Shown here piece after piece: positions 39,205-52,686 of a DNA stretch of 64,000 nucleotides. Position numbers and translations under genes: made by a program. Below the pieces are notes generated by a model. That model worked only from the letters and a program-made list of their open reading frames with translations, made no database searches and was not told the origin of the DNA. Each line of letters opens with the position of its first letter. Position 1 is the stretch's first letter. Source of the stretch: Octopus vulgaris (lineage: Eukaryota); contig OX597830.1 of assembly GCA_951406725.2 (NCBI GenBank), positions 34,906,001-34,970,000 on the forward strand. The letters run 5' to 3'.

Positions 39205-39420
39205 GTGAGAGCTGGCAAAATCGTTAGTACACCGGACAAAATGATTTGCGGCACTTCGTCTGTCTCCTTGTTCTGAGTTCAAATGCCGCTGAGGTCGAAT
39301 TTGCTTTTCATCCTTTCGGAATTGTAAAACAAGTACCAGTTGACTACTGGGGTTCGATGTAATCGACTTATTCTCGCCCCAGCGAAATTCCTGGCTTTGT
39401 GCCAAAATTTGAAATTATTA
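39205..39420 (+). mobile_element. SINE family B
   Basis: gagctggcaaaatcgttag...gttctgagttcaaatgccgctgaggtcgaatttgcttttcatcctttcgg. Confidence 0.85.
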
Positions 39421-40459
39421 TTACTCACGACACATTTTATTCTTAACATTTTGAATAGCAAATGAAACAAATGAACGCAGGGGAATGTTTAAATTGCTCT
39501 CAATAAACTCATTGTAAATATTTCTAATTATGTATCTTTGAATAGGCGACATGCTTATCTAAGACATTAGGACTACATTCATACCACCTGGCTTCGGTTT
39601 CGATCCCATTGTACATTACATTGGATATATGACTTCTTGCGCAACCTCGAGGCATCCAACACATTGTTTGTATGTGCATTTATATATTTGTGTGTGTGTG
39701 TGTACAGTAAGAGAGAGAGAGAGAGAGAGAGAAATAGAGAGGAATTCATGATTAAAATTAATGATATCTATCTAATATTCCACATTAAACTAAATTAGAT
39801 ACAACCAATGAACTAGAAAATAAATGACAAATGAAATGAAAGAAAGACAGAGAGAAAGAAAGAAAGGAAAGAAGAACGTTAGAAAGAAAGATTGAAAAAA
39901 GGATAACATTCCAAACGTGTAACGATGTAACGTCTTCAGTACCGTTCAAACTATCAGCAGAGAAGCACCACATATTAGAATTTCGGTGTGTATTTACTTA
40001 TAAAACGTTATCTCAATATAATTCTAAAGTTCTTATTTTTTTCTTTGGTATTATAATAATCCGAATTTTGCGGATTTTCAAAATTTCTATGACCGGAAAA
40101 TATTAAAGGGTATCTTCAAAATTCAAGCAGTAAAAAGAACAGTAGCAACAATAAATAACAGTGTTTGCAAGAAAAGTATTAGAAATAATTTTACTAAAAT
40201 CAAATCGTTAGAGTTTTCAACCCTATCTCTCTACGTATATATACGAATATAATGAAACCCATGGTCTGGATCCCTGGATATAGGAAGCAACATGCAAATA
40301 ATAGAGAATAGTGGCATCGCATTGTTAAGATTGGCGTCGAACATTGAGACACATTGCCGAAGAAGCAAACAAGATAGACCTACCAATTCCAGCCAAAGCA
40401 CCTACCAACCATCAGATTTGACCTTCGTGCATAATTCTTTCACGCATACTCTTATTATT

Positions 40460-40858
40460 CTTTACTCTTTTACTTGTCATTTGACTGTGGCCATGCTGGA
40501 GCACCGCCTTTAGTCGAGCAAATTGATTTCAGGACTTATTCTTTGTAAGCCTAGTACTTATTCTATCGGTCTCTTTTGCCGAACCACTAAGTTACGAGGA
40601 CGACGTAAACACACCAACATTGGTTGCCAAGTGATGTTGGGGTGGGGGGACAAACACAGATTCAGAAACACACACACACCTATACATATACATATATACG
40701 ACGGGCTTCTTTCAGTTTCCATCTACCAAATTCACTCACAAGGCTTTGGTCGGCCCGAGGCTATAGTAGAAGACACTTGTCCAAAGCGCCACGCTGTGGG
40801 ACTGAACCCAGAGCCATGTGATTGCTAAGCAAGCAACTTACCACACAGCCACTCCATG
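40460..40858 (-). mobile_element. SINE family A, full length
   Basis: Reverse complement of the 38332 and 1050 elements. Confidence 0.88.
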
Positions 40859-41787
40859 CAGACTATATGTTTTTTTCTTTTTTGAAGCAGAATATATTTA
40901 TTTCGTTTGTGATTTTACTAACATGTCATTTCAGACAACGTGTGTGTGTATGTGTGTGTATGTGTGTGAGTGTATGTGTGTCTGTGTGTGGGTGTGTGTG
41001 TGTGTGCTTCTGAGCTTATGTGTTTTATGTGTGTCGTGAAAAGTAGAATGAGCGGATCAACGCTTCAGCTACATAATAATCGTTCGGCCTGTTGGATTGT
41101 TAGTCAAACGTTCCTCAAGTAATTAGTCTCAGCTATCATGATAAAACCAATATCATATTAAACTAGTTAGTCTTAAAGAGAATTCCTCCAAAAATACCAA
41201 CAGGATGGTTATGGCTGGTCTACTGTTTAGCTTAATTTTGTTTCATCATGGCTGATCTTCAGCTTAAACAACAACAAAACAAACAACAGCATAAAAGATT
41301 TACATGGGAAATATTAGTATACTGAAATACATCTCTGCATTAAATCATTGACGTTGACAACCATATTAATCGTAAAAATACTAATTAATTTTCTCTAGAT
41401 ATAAGATCAAGTCAATTACGTTTCTACTGAAGTTGTACGTGTAATTAAATCACCTTAGTTTAATCAGAATCTTTCTAATTAGATTGATGTATATCCTCAT
41501 TCCAAACTTGCCTTTTAGTGTACTGAAATTATGATTTTTGTGTATTGTATTGTATATTAATTAGAATTGACTGTAATTAACGTATGATGATGAAAACTTA
41601 CTTAAAAGGAAGGAATTATTCGGAGTCTATAAATCATATGATGGCATAACAGTAAAAAAAGTTGCGTTAATCTTATTGGTCTTGTGTTCCGCCTCCATCA
41701 ACAGACACAGATAACATATATATGGGCATGTATAAGACACACACAGACAGACATAGAGACACACACATATATACACAAATCTATCTA

Positions 41788-41836
<49 letters not shown>

Positions 41837-41905
41837 CTAAATAAATAAATATATATATGTACATATATATATATATATATATTTGTATGCATGTATGCAT
41901 GTATG

Positions 41906-42012
<107 letters not shown>

Positions 42013-42719
42013 GTAAAATGATAAATGCGTATATGCGAAACTCTCGACCCTCTGTAACTTAAGTCAATTATTAATGATAAATATATAACTACACTCTAGT
42101 TTTGTCGGTCTATTTTCCTTCTTGCATCACTAAGTCCCACAACTTCCATACACACGCACAAACACACACACAAACACACACACAGACACAAACACACACA
42201 CACACACACATGTATATATAAAGTGCATAAGTGACCAGCATTGTTAATCAGTTGAAAAGGAAGAAGATTTAACTGTTCACCTCTGTTTCAAGCGCTACTC
42301 AGTTTTAGCCTTGCTCTTGGATATATATATTCATCATCGGATTATATAGAGCCTCTTAGAATTCTCATAGACACGCTGTCTATAGCTCTACCCTGATTGA
42401 ACTGCAGGAATTCATCATCACGACCATCCTTTATCCAAAGAAGATACATATACGATTATAAGTCTCATACTGTTTCGCAGGCGCGACTTCGCTGGTGCGG
42501 CTTCGTTGGTGCGGCTTCGCAACACATGGTTCTGGATTCAGTTTCTTTGAGTGGCACCTAGGGCATGTACTTCTTCTCTAGCCTCGGGCCGTCCAAAACC
42601 TGGTGAATGAGTTTGCTTAAGGGGCACTGAAGAGACACATCGTGTATATATATATATATATGCATGTAGTAGTGCTCAAATGATTGAGGCGTATCACATT
42701 AAACAATATGTGTGTGTGC

Positions 42720-42765
<46 letters not shown>

Positions 42766-42941
42766 TGATGGTTTGTTGCCAACTTAATGTGGCGGTCCCA
42801 GGAAAAGGAAGAATGCTACTGCTATTTAGCCCCAGGGAACACCGTTTCCAGTTTGCGTATGTGAGAAGAGTTCAGTGCCCTTGTGTTTTCAAACAGGGGA
42901 GATAAGAACCTCCTCCCAGCAAAGCCAGCATCCAGAGACTA

Positions 42942-43010
<69 letters not shown>

Positions 43011-43029
43011 TTTTAAAATATGTCTAGAT

Positions 43030-43660
<631 letters not shown>

Positions 43661-43879
43661 TCTAAATAATTTCGATAGTGTATGAAACTATTAGTAGCTC
43701 ATAACTATATACTTCATATATTAAACGATATTTATCTCTCACCAGATGGAGTAATTTTGGGGTTGATCCTATTGTAACGCATAGTAGACTATATGTGCGT
43801 ATGTATCTATGCATGCATGCATGTGTGTATGTGTTTATATATGCTTGTATGTATGTATGTATGTATATATTTGTAAATA

Positions 43880-44075
43880 TCTGCTTTTCTCCGCCGCTTG
43901 ACAACTTTTGTTCATGCCTGTTCGCCCCAATAACTTAGAGATGCAGCAAAAGATCGATACATCAAATACCAGGCTTAAAAGAATAGAAGTACTGGGGTCG
44001 ATTCGCTCAAATAAAATTCTTCAAGATGGCGACCCAGCATGGCTGCAGTCTAATGATAATAAAAGGCAAAAGGAA
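43880..44075 (+). mobile_element. SINE family A, 3' fragment
   Basis: ccgcttgacaac...gtactggggtcgattcg...cagcatggctgcagtctaatga. Confidence 0.7.
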
Positions 44076-44329
44076 GATCTGTTAATGGCGTAAGAAAAAT
44101 TAAGTAGTTGCTGATATGGAAATTAAATTTCGAATTTTCCTTTGTTCTGCAAATTGATTTTAGTCGTTTTCTTAGTATAATGTATCATTTGATTTTACCG
44201 TAGAATACTGTGTGCGTTATTTATTGTCCTTAATGTTTGAGAAAGTTCTTTGTATGTGAATGCATCTATCTATCCATCTGTCTGTTCATCCAGTAATCTT
44301 AGTAGCAATTGGTCGGTCTTATTATTAGT

Positions 44330-44505
44330 ATGACTTGCAAAATGCTTAGCAGTATTTCGTCCGTTCTTATGTGCTGAGTTCAAATTCTGCATATGTCAAC
44401 TTCACCTTTCATGATTTAGGGGTCGATAGATTAAGTGTCAGATGATGACTGGAGTCGATGAAATCGACTTACCCCCACCCACGAAATTGCTGGCCTTGTT
44501 ACCCT
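44330..44505 (+). mobile_element. SINE family B, degenerate
   Basis: aaatgcttagcagtatttcgtcc...ctgagttcaaattc...ggggtcgatagattaag. Confidence 0.75.
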
Positions 44506-44646
44506 GACTCTCTTCTTACGTGAATACATGTCCATATTTGTGTGTGTGTGTTTGTGTTTGTGTATATACATATAAGTATACGTGGGAAGAGATATATATA
44601 GTTACAGATATAGGCATAATGACTCTTCTAGATAAAACAAAAAATG

Positions 44647-44687
<41 letters not shown>

Positions 44688-44693
<6 letters not shown>

Positions 44694-45341
44694 TAAAGAG
44701 TGAAAAAACGACAGAAGGCTTAAATGTTAAAAAATATATATATTTGCGTCAATATGTCTGAAGAATATTAGAAAATTTTTTAAACAAATTTTTTTCCTTT
44801 ATAATGACATAATTTTTAAAAAAAGACCGGTTTCGCATTTAGCTTTTCAAATTTCTTGTGACGTTATGTTTATGTTTAATAGAGTTATCCTTGTGTTTAA
44901 GCTCCGGACAGTTCTAAATAAGGGAAGGTAGTGGGTGATTTCTTCCGGTGTAAGGGAGATAATCGCTTAAAAATTTTCCTCCTTTCCCTTAATGTGAATT
45001 TCTCTGTATCAGTATACTGATACAGAGAAATTCACATTAAGGAAAGGAGAAAAATTTTTAAGCGATTATCTCCCTTACACCGGAAGAAATCACCCACTAC
45101 CTTCCCTTATTTAGAACTGTCCGGAGCTTAAACACAAGGATAACTCTATTAAACATAAACATAACGTCACAAGAAATTTGAAAAGCTAAATGCGAAACCG
45201 GTCTTTCTTTAAAAATTATGTCATTATAAAGGAAAAAAAAATTGTTTAAAAAATTTTCTAATATTCTTCAGACATATTGACGCAAATATATATATTTTTT
45301 AACATTTAAGCCTTCTGTCGTTTTTTCATTCTTTACTATTT
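44688..45341. repeat. ~650-bp near-perfect palindrome with no spacer (centre 45014/45015), Penelope-like fold-back
   Basis: Centre tctctgtatcagta|tactgatacagaga. Arms match to aaatagtaaaga / tctttactattt with only a handful of differences. (TA)n on both sides. Confidence 0.97.
45171..45209 (+). ncRNA. Minimal hammerhead ribozyme motif, U3-A8 variant (mirror copy at 44820-44857, -)
   Basis: aagaaa-t-TTGAAAA-gc-taaat-gc-GAAA-c-cg-g-TC-tttctt. Stem I aagaaa/tttctt, 2-bp stem II, palindromic accggt stem III, GUC triplet. Confidence 0.6.
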
Positions 45342-45383
45342 TTTATATATTCACCCACGTGCTTTCACAAACCAACTTTCTTA

Positions 45384-45446
<63 letters not shown>

Positions 45447-45567
45447 TATAAAAATACAAAATGGGACAAGAACGCAAAATATTCAAATAGACGACACAAA
45501 AAACGGACGGGTCATTCGAAGCCTCTAATCTTCAGTAAAGAACCGGATCATCCTCGCAATTTCGGCT

Positions 45568-46050
45568 ATGGGAGCAATAAACTCGCATGCTCATGCTATA
45601 CGGACACAAACTGTGTGTTAGTGGCCTGCTGGAAAAGATGCTTTCTTGGGGCTAAACACCAGTCCTGTGTAGGACAGCCACATTCTGTTGGTAAATAAAC
45701 TCTACTGTTCGGTAATGTTACTGCTTATCTTTCGCTGAGAGATTTAAAACAAGTTGTGCTTTTCCTTATGAGATCAGCACCTGTGTGTCTCTTTAAAAAA
45801 GTATATGTCATGAGAAAACGAGTAAGCTCTCATAACCAGCCTGTGATTATCTCGCACCGAAGACGAGAAATAACCCAGAAACCTTGGTCTGTGAGTATCA
45901 CGTAGGATAGTGATGGGAGCGATAAACTCACTTGCTCATGCCATAGAGGCACGAAGTGTGTCGGAAGCCAGGTGGAAAAGATGATTTCCTGGAGCTAAAC
46001 AGCAGTGCATCATCCTGTGTCGGATTGCTACACTCTGTTGGAAAATAAGC
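45568..46050 (+). repeat. Diverged ~140-bp direct repeats (45568-45710 and 45913-46050)
   Basis: atgggagc.ataaactc...tgctcatgc.ata...tggaaaagatg.tttc.tgg.gctaaaca.cagt...ctgttgg.aaataa occurs in both; a related motif is inverted at about 42810-42855. Confidence 0.8.
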
Positions 46051-46061
46051 CTTTACGATTT

Positions 46062-46133
<72 letters not shown>

Positions 46134-48046
46134 TGTAGATATATATATATAAATATTATATATACAATTATATACATTTTATTATTTTTGTAATTTACTT
46201 GATCTTTCCTTTTTTTATTGTTATTTTAATTTTAACTTTTCTATTATATGTAATTTTCTAGATGGTGTAATTTAATAATTCATTTTGAATTGATAAAAGG
46301 TGGGAATTTTTTAATATTTTATATATATATATTATATTGTGTGGAATTTGATTTAGTATTTCTAATTTGAATTCTTTTTCCTTGTAAGTTTGGATTTTAT
46401 TCCCTCAAATAATAATAAATATATATATATATATATCGAAAACCACTTCTACAATTATCGACTATCAATTACATATATTTCGATGGTTTACCCTTAAGAA
46501 GAAAACTGTGCACATAAGTTGAAATTCATGGTCAAGTTTACCATTTGCAGATTACCGATATATTAAAAGAAACCCTGGAATTTGTAGTGATATTTTTAAT
46601 CAATTAGAAATTTAAGATAATGCCACAAATTCCAGCCTTTGTTTCAATATATGTGTGTGCGCGCATGCATGTTTGTGTGCGCAAATGTGTGTATAAACGA
46701 AAACTGGAATCCCATTTATATTCCTCGGACAATCTTTAAGCTGGACAAAATAAAAGAAGAGAACGGAAATCGATAGACAGTCAATATTACAGTTGACGGA
46801 TGTACTGCTTGTCTTTCATATATGTCGATATATCTCCGATAAAATTAATCACACATTCGTAAACTTTTTCAAAGCTTACACTCAACAGAAAACGAATGGA
46901 AGTGATAAATAAATATTGATTTAACGATTTATTAACAATATTCCATGTTGGGTAATAGTGTTCACTCAGTTACCCTCTGCACGGATCATATGTCACAAAG
47001 ACCTCTCTTAAAAACAAGGTCTTTCTGTGAGTCATTCGTCTGTCTTGCAATTACTACAGTCATTGTAATGAAAGGTGAGATATGCAATATCACATCAAAA
47101 GTGTGTGTAATATAAACATATATATATATATGTGTATGTATGTATGCGTATGTATATGTATCATTTTACATATGCACATGTATGCATACATAATACATAC
47201 ATTGATTTAGATTTCAGAGTTTTCATCAATCATCCTTCAATGGGAAGAAACAACTGCTTTGAAATGAAGAACAACAGAAGACATAATTCTCTTGTAAAAC
47301 GCTTATCATATAATTTCATTTATTTCTTTTCAATAAAGTGTGCATTTAAGCCCACACACACACGTACAACATCCGATTCGCTCAGAGTTGCTCACACACT
47401 GATAACCACACCTACAGTTTTTACTCATTTGCCCTTTGTTTTAAAATTATTAGATTTCCGAACATATATCAAAAGAAATTTCATTCATTCTGACACGCCT
47501 ATCAATACCGTAAATATGAAACAGCCGATCTCCATTAAATGGTCACGAATTTCTGTGTTTATCTATTGCGTTGTTCCTGTGCTTTCAAACGGAAAGCGAA
47601 ATGTGAAGTCCAGAGGTTTTTTCTGTGATGTTCTTATAATCCTTTATCACAGTTCGATAGAATATACGGTGTCTGGGTTTGGGATAAGATTTATAAAATC
47701 ACTTTACCCAATAAATGTTGAAAAGTTTGGGTGGGGGTGTTCACAATGTTATATCTTCCAAAACATCATTAGAATCGCTTTGTAATTCTTTATATAAATG
47801 CCTGTCATGGATTTATGCGATATGTATTCCAAATTTGTCTTCTATGTTGCGTGAGGTACAAAGTTTGTTTTCATTTAATTCTTAGCAATATTGTGAAGCA
47901 GAATGTCAAGAACCCAGTTAAATGTACATACGTTCATATCTATTTGTGTATGTGTGTATGTATGTATGTATGTATGTATGTATGTGTGTATACATATATA
48001 TATGTATACATACATACATACATACATACATACATACATACATACG

Positions 48047-48093
<47 letters not shown>

Positions 48094-48714
48094 AAAGTAA
48101 AAAGGTTGCTGTGGAGAGGGCTGAATTGTGTTCGATTATGAATAAAATGCATCAAGTACAGGACATCACCTACGATTGAAAACTACGCAAACACATAATG
48201 AGATACAAATACGCAATAAAATACCACGAGAGGTCGAATACCTCCTCAGTTTTAGTCTTTTAATTAATCCCTATTTTGAGCTTTCAACGACAATATAGGA
48301 AAACTTCATTAAACAGCAGCATCCAGAAATTTTAAAAGTATATAATTTTTGTTGAGTTAAAGCTTCGAACCAACAAACAACGAGAGGGTTAACGTACAGA
48401 GTAAACAATCGACGGCGACAAACATTTAGGGACGTTAGACCAAGGCTCATTGTAACGGGTAGCGCCTAGGAGAAATTTTGAAAGGATATAGAAAAAATAC
48501 AAAAGAAGAAAATAGTAGAAGAGAAAAAAAGAGGACTACGGACCATTTATTCTTACCTCTGTCTTTTTTGAGGCAACGCGTACTTAACTGATCGTCATTT
48601 CTTGCCTCCCGCCACTTTTCTCTCTTTTTTTCTTTCATATTTTGCTGTTTGTTAAATCCTGATGATCAGAGTTAATCCAGCTTCGCCAGAAGCTCGCTCG
48701 TATCGAATACCTTC

Positions 48715-49120
48715 GGTCGGATATTAAATGAGAGAGACAAATACTGTCAGATCATTGATGTAGCCATACCAAATGACATGAATGTAGTGAGTAAAGAGGT
48801 TGAAAAAAATCACCAAGTACTCCGAACAGAAAGTGGAAATGGCAAGACTGTATGGAATGCGAGAGAGTAATGTAAAAGTGATACCAGTGGTGATCGTAGC
48901 ATTAGGCTCAATTCCATTGAAACTTCAAAACTTCTTAAGGCAACTGGAAATCCCATTCAAGATTGATGTCTTGCAAAAAGCAGCCTTATTGGACACAGAG
49001 CACATTTTAAAGAAAGTATTATCTGTCTGAGGTCCTTATTGTGACTTGACAGATGACTGAAGACTCTGGTGCATTTTTACCTACAATGTTTTACGAAGGA
49101 ATAATAATAATAATAATAAT
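48715..49120 (+). mobile_element. RLE-endonuclease LINE (R4/Dong-like) 3' fragment with (TAA)n tail
   Basis: KYCQIIDVAIPND...K..KY...VKVIPVVIVALGSIP...VLQKAALL.T.HILKKVL*, then a short UTR and (aat)n. Confidence 0.85.
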
Positions 49121-49624
49121 GACTAGCTGATCACGTGAAAACTTCACGGAAAACATTAAAAATGTAAGCATCTATAAACAGCGTAATATTGCCATGAAAA
49201 ATGTTTGTATATTATGACCGTCTGTCTTTATGTTCTGAGCTCAAATTCTGCCGAGGTCGATACATACATACATACATACATACATACATACATACATACA
49301 TACATACATACATACATACATGCATACATATACATATGATGGGCTTGGAGGTAGTGGTGACGCTGGGTGGTGCGATTTTGTGGTTTGCTGGTATGTCGAA
49401 CAATCATATACATACGAGGCAGGCAGACAGACAGTAAGTGTCAGATAGTCCACAACGAAGTTATCATTTTTCTCTTTCTCTCCCTCTCCCTCTCTCTCTC
49501 TCTCTTTCACTTCCTTTGTATCTCTCTTCTCTCTCAACGTGTATATCTATCTATGCATCTGCTTTCCTTACGATGAACACCGTCACCACTCACTGTCTCT
49601 TTCACTCTCTCTCTTTCTCACTCA

Positions 49625-49665
<41 letters not shown>

Positions 49666-49821
49666 GGTCCTCTGTGAAACATTGAAAAAGACAAAACGAA
49701 CGCCGTCACCACTCACTGTCTCTTTCAATCTCTCTCTTTCTTACTTCCTCTCTCTCGCTTTGCCATTTTGAAGTGTGACACACAACACAGGTACGTACAA
49801 AAATAAAAAACAATGACAAGA

Positions 49822-50420
49822 CATGAGAGCCACTGCATGGTACTGCATCAGGTCATTTATTATTATTATTGAAAGAGCAGTGCATGCCATCAAAGTGACA
49901 ATGGGAGAAAAAAGTAACCCAGTATACCAATCAAGACTTCCCGTCTGATAAGGGTACATCAGGCACATGCATCACAACCATATGTGCGCAACATAGTGAT
50001 CCCATATCGAGATAAACAGCGCATGACCTTGCAGGTGGGGCCCTGTAAAAATTTTCTTCAGGTCGAGTAGCCTCAAAAGGTTCCTGAATAAGGTTTGCTT
50101 AAAGATAATGAACAAAATAACCAAGTTTCCAAATGTGAATTATCTAAATCTCAAAGAATTCCTCTTAAAACATGGCTATGATGCTCTCCCACTACTTCTG
50201 CTCGTGATCAGAGATGCACATATCGTCAGCCACTAAGGGACATGCTCAACAGGTTATGGTCAAACAACTGACAAGCAAATCTGTGGTATTGAGCAAAATA
50301 TTTGCTGTAGCCCATCTTATATACCAAGACAAATCAATGTACGTGATAACACTTCCAATCAGTTAAGATCAGAAGCCATGAAAGTCACTACACCAAGGCA
50401 TAGCCACTGCCTGGTACTAT
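49822..50420 (+). mobile_element. Unclassified ~570-bp repeat unit associated with (ATT)n
   Basis: Terminal redundancy agccactgc(a/c)tggtact at 49828 and 50402. Further copies at 50820-50953 (+) and 56530-56790 (-). Confidence 0.7.
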
Positions 50421-50454
50421 TATTATTATCATTATTATCATGAAAGACTCTCGG

Positions 50455-50815
50455 ATAGTACTTAGATAGATAATTTTTACTTGAAAGCAGGCAATAATAA
50501 ATCACCAAAAGGTTTCAAGTAATGACTTTTCCTGTGACTCAAATACTCTCCTCAGAATGTGAGCTATACCCAACAATGCTGTCTTCTGGACCACCTGAAG
50601 CCTAACAGCAACTTCAGTATTCTTAATATGTTTTTCAAAGCCCTTGGAAACTGCTCCTAATCTCTAGTTTCCACCGGTATTAGCATTACTTTCTTCATAC
50701 ACCATAACTTTCCTACCTCGTCCCGCAAAGGCTGGTATTTCTCCGTCTTTTGTGTTTCCTCACATTTCACACCCGAATCGCCTGATATTGCAACATCCAT
50801 TATCTTTACTGCACA
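50455..50815 (-). mobile_element. RLE-endonuclease LINE 3' fragment
   Basis: Minus: KIMDVAISGD...K.EKYQPLRDEVGKLW...LGAVSK...VVQKTALLGIAHILRRV. Confidence 0.82.
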
Positions 50816-51074
50816 TGATGATCGTATATCAAGAGAAACATCGCATGACCTTGCGGGTTGGGTCTTGTTAGAATTTTCTTCAGGTCGAGTAGCCCATCCT
50901 GCTCAAAAGGTCCCTGAATAAGGTTTGTTTAAGGATGTTGAAAGAAACCACCCATCATCATCATCATCATCATCGTCATCGTCATCATCATCATCATCGT
51001 CGTCGTCGTCGTCGTCATCATCATCATCATCATCATCCCCATCATCGTCATCATCATCATCGTCATCATCATCG

Positions 51075-51109
<35 letters not shown>

Positions 51110-51492
51110 GTGATCGTTATCGTTGTCGTCGTCGTTGTCGTCGCCGTCGTCCTCATTCCCGTCGTCTTTGTTGTTATCGTCGTCGTTGTCAGGATCGTTG
51201 TTGGTTCCTGCTGTGCTGTGTGCCCTATACTTTCATCGTTGCTATTTGTTGCTATCACTATCAAGGCGGCTGCGTTGCTAATTAGTTGCTATTCCTCCGT
51301 TCAACACTTCTGTCTCACCAGTAATTACGACGCTGCTCTCTAAGTCACGCCTGTTATTACAGTCATTATATTTGCCGGCCAAATTCATTAATTTACATTC
51401 CTTCCTTTCATCGTCCTCAGCTTTGTCGCCAAAACCAGCAGCCACCCACCGCCGCCACTAACAACACAAATACCCACCACCACCACCAACAC

Positions 51493-51546
<54 letters not shown>

Positions 51547-51592
51547 TATCAACATCATCATCACCATCACCATACTACCATCCTCCTCCTCG

Positions 51593-51626
<34 letters not shown>

Positions 51627-51997
51627 TATCATTATCGCCATCATCATCATCATCATCATCATCATCACCATACTACCATCCTCCTCCTCGTCATCATCAT
51701 ATCATCATCATCATCATCACCATCATTACCATCATCACTAATTTTATCAGTCATAATCACTCTCCCTATCATCATCCCCTGCATCCTAGATCGTTACCAA
51801 ACTTACTACTAGTACTACTACTACTACCACTACTACTACTACTACAACTACTACTACTACTACTGCTGCTGCTCCTGCTGCTGCTAGTGCAACTACTACT
51901 AATACTATTACCACTACTACTACTACTACAACTACTAGTACTAATACCACTACCACTATTGCTGCTACTGCTACTGTTGCTGCTACTGCTGCTGTTG

Positions 51998-52039
<42 letters not shown>

Positions 52040-52301
52040 TTACTACTACTACTACTGAGGAGGTGAGAGATGACAGTGTCATTAACAAGTGAGACAAAAT
52101 GACGATTGGCACTTTTTCAGTTCTTTCCATTCTGAGTTCGCATCCTGCCTTGGGCGACTTGGATCCATTTCCCAATCTGCGTCGATAAAATGATGCACCA
52201 TTTATGCACAATCGAAGACGGGATCGACTAAATCATTCTCACTAAAATTGCAACCCTCGTTCCAAAATTACTTCATCTTCTTCTTCTTCTTCTTCTTCTT
52301 C

Positions 52302-52392
<91 letters not shown>

Positions 52393-52486
52393 CATCATTA
52401 TTATTATTATTGTTGTTGTTATTATTATTATTACTATTATTATTATTATTATTATTATTATTATCATTATTATTACTATTATTATT

Positions 52487-52554
<68 letters not shown>

Positions 52555-52613
52555 TATTATCATTATTATTATCTTTATTATTATCATTATTATTATCATT
52601 ATCATTATTACTA

Positions 52614-52686
<73 letters not shown>

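Noticed and set aside
46500-46590. VEIHGQVYHLQITDI, vaguely Ras-like
   Set aside because: An in-frame stop lies immediately upstream and the G2/G3 motifs are absent.
50935-51285. His/Arg-rich ORF
   Set aside because: Translation of a (CAT/CGT)n microsatellite.
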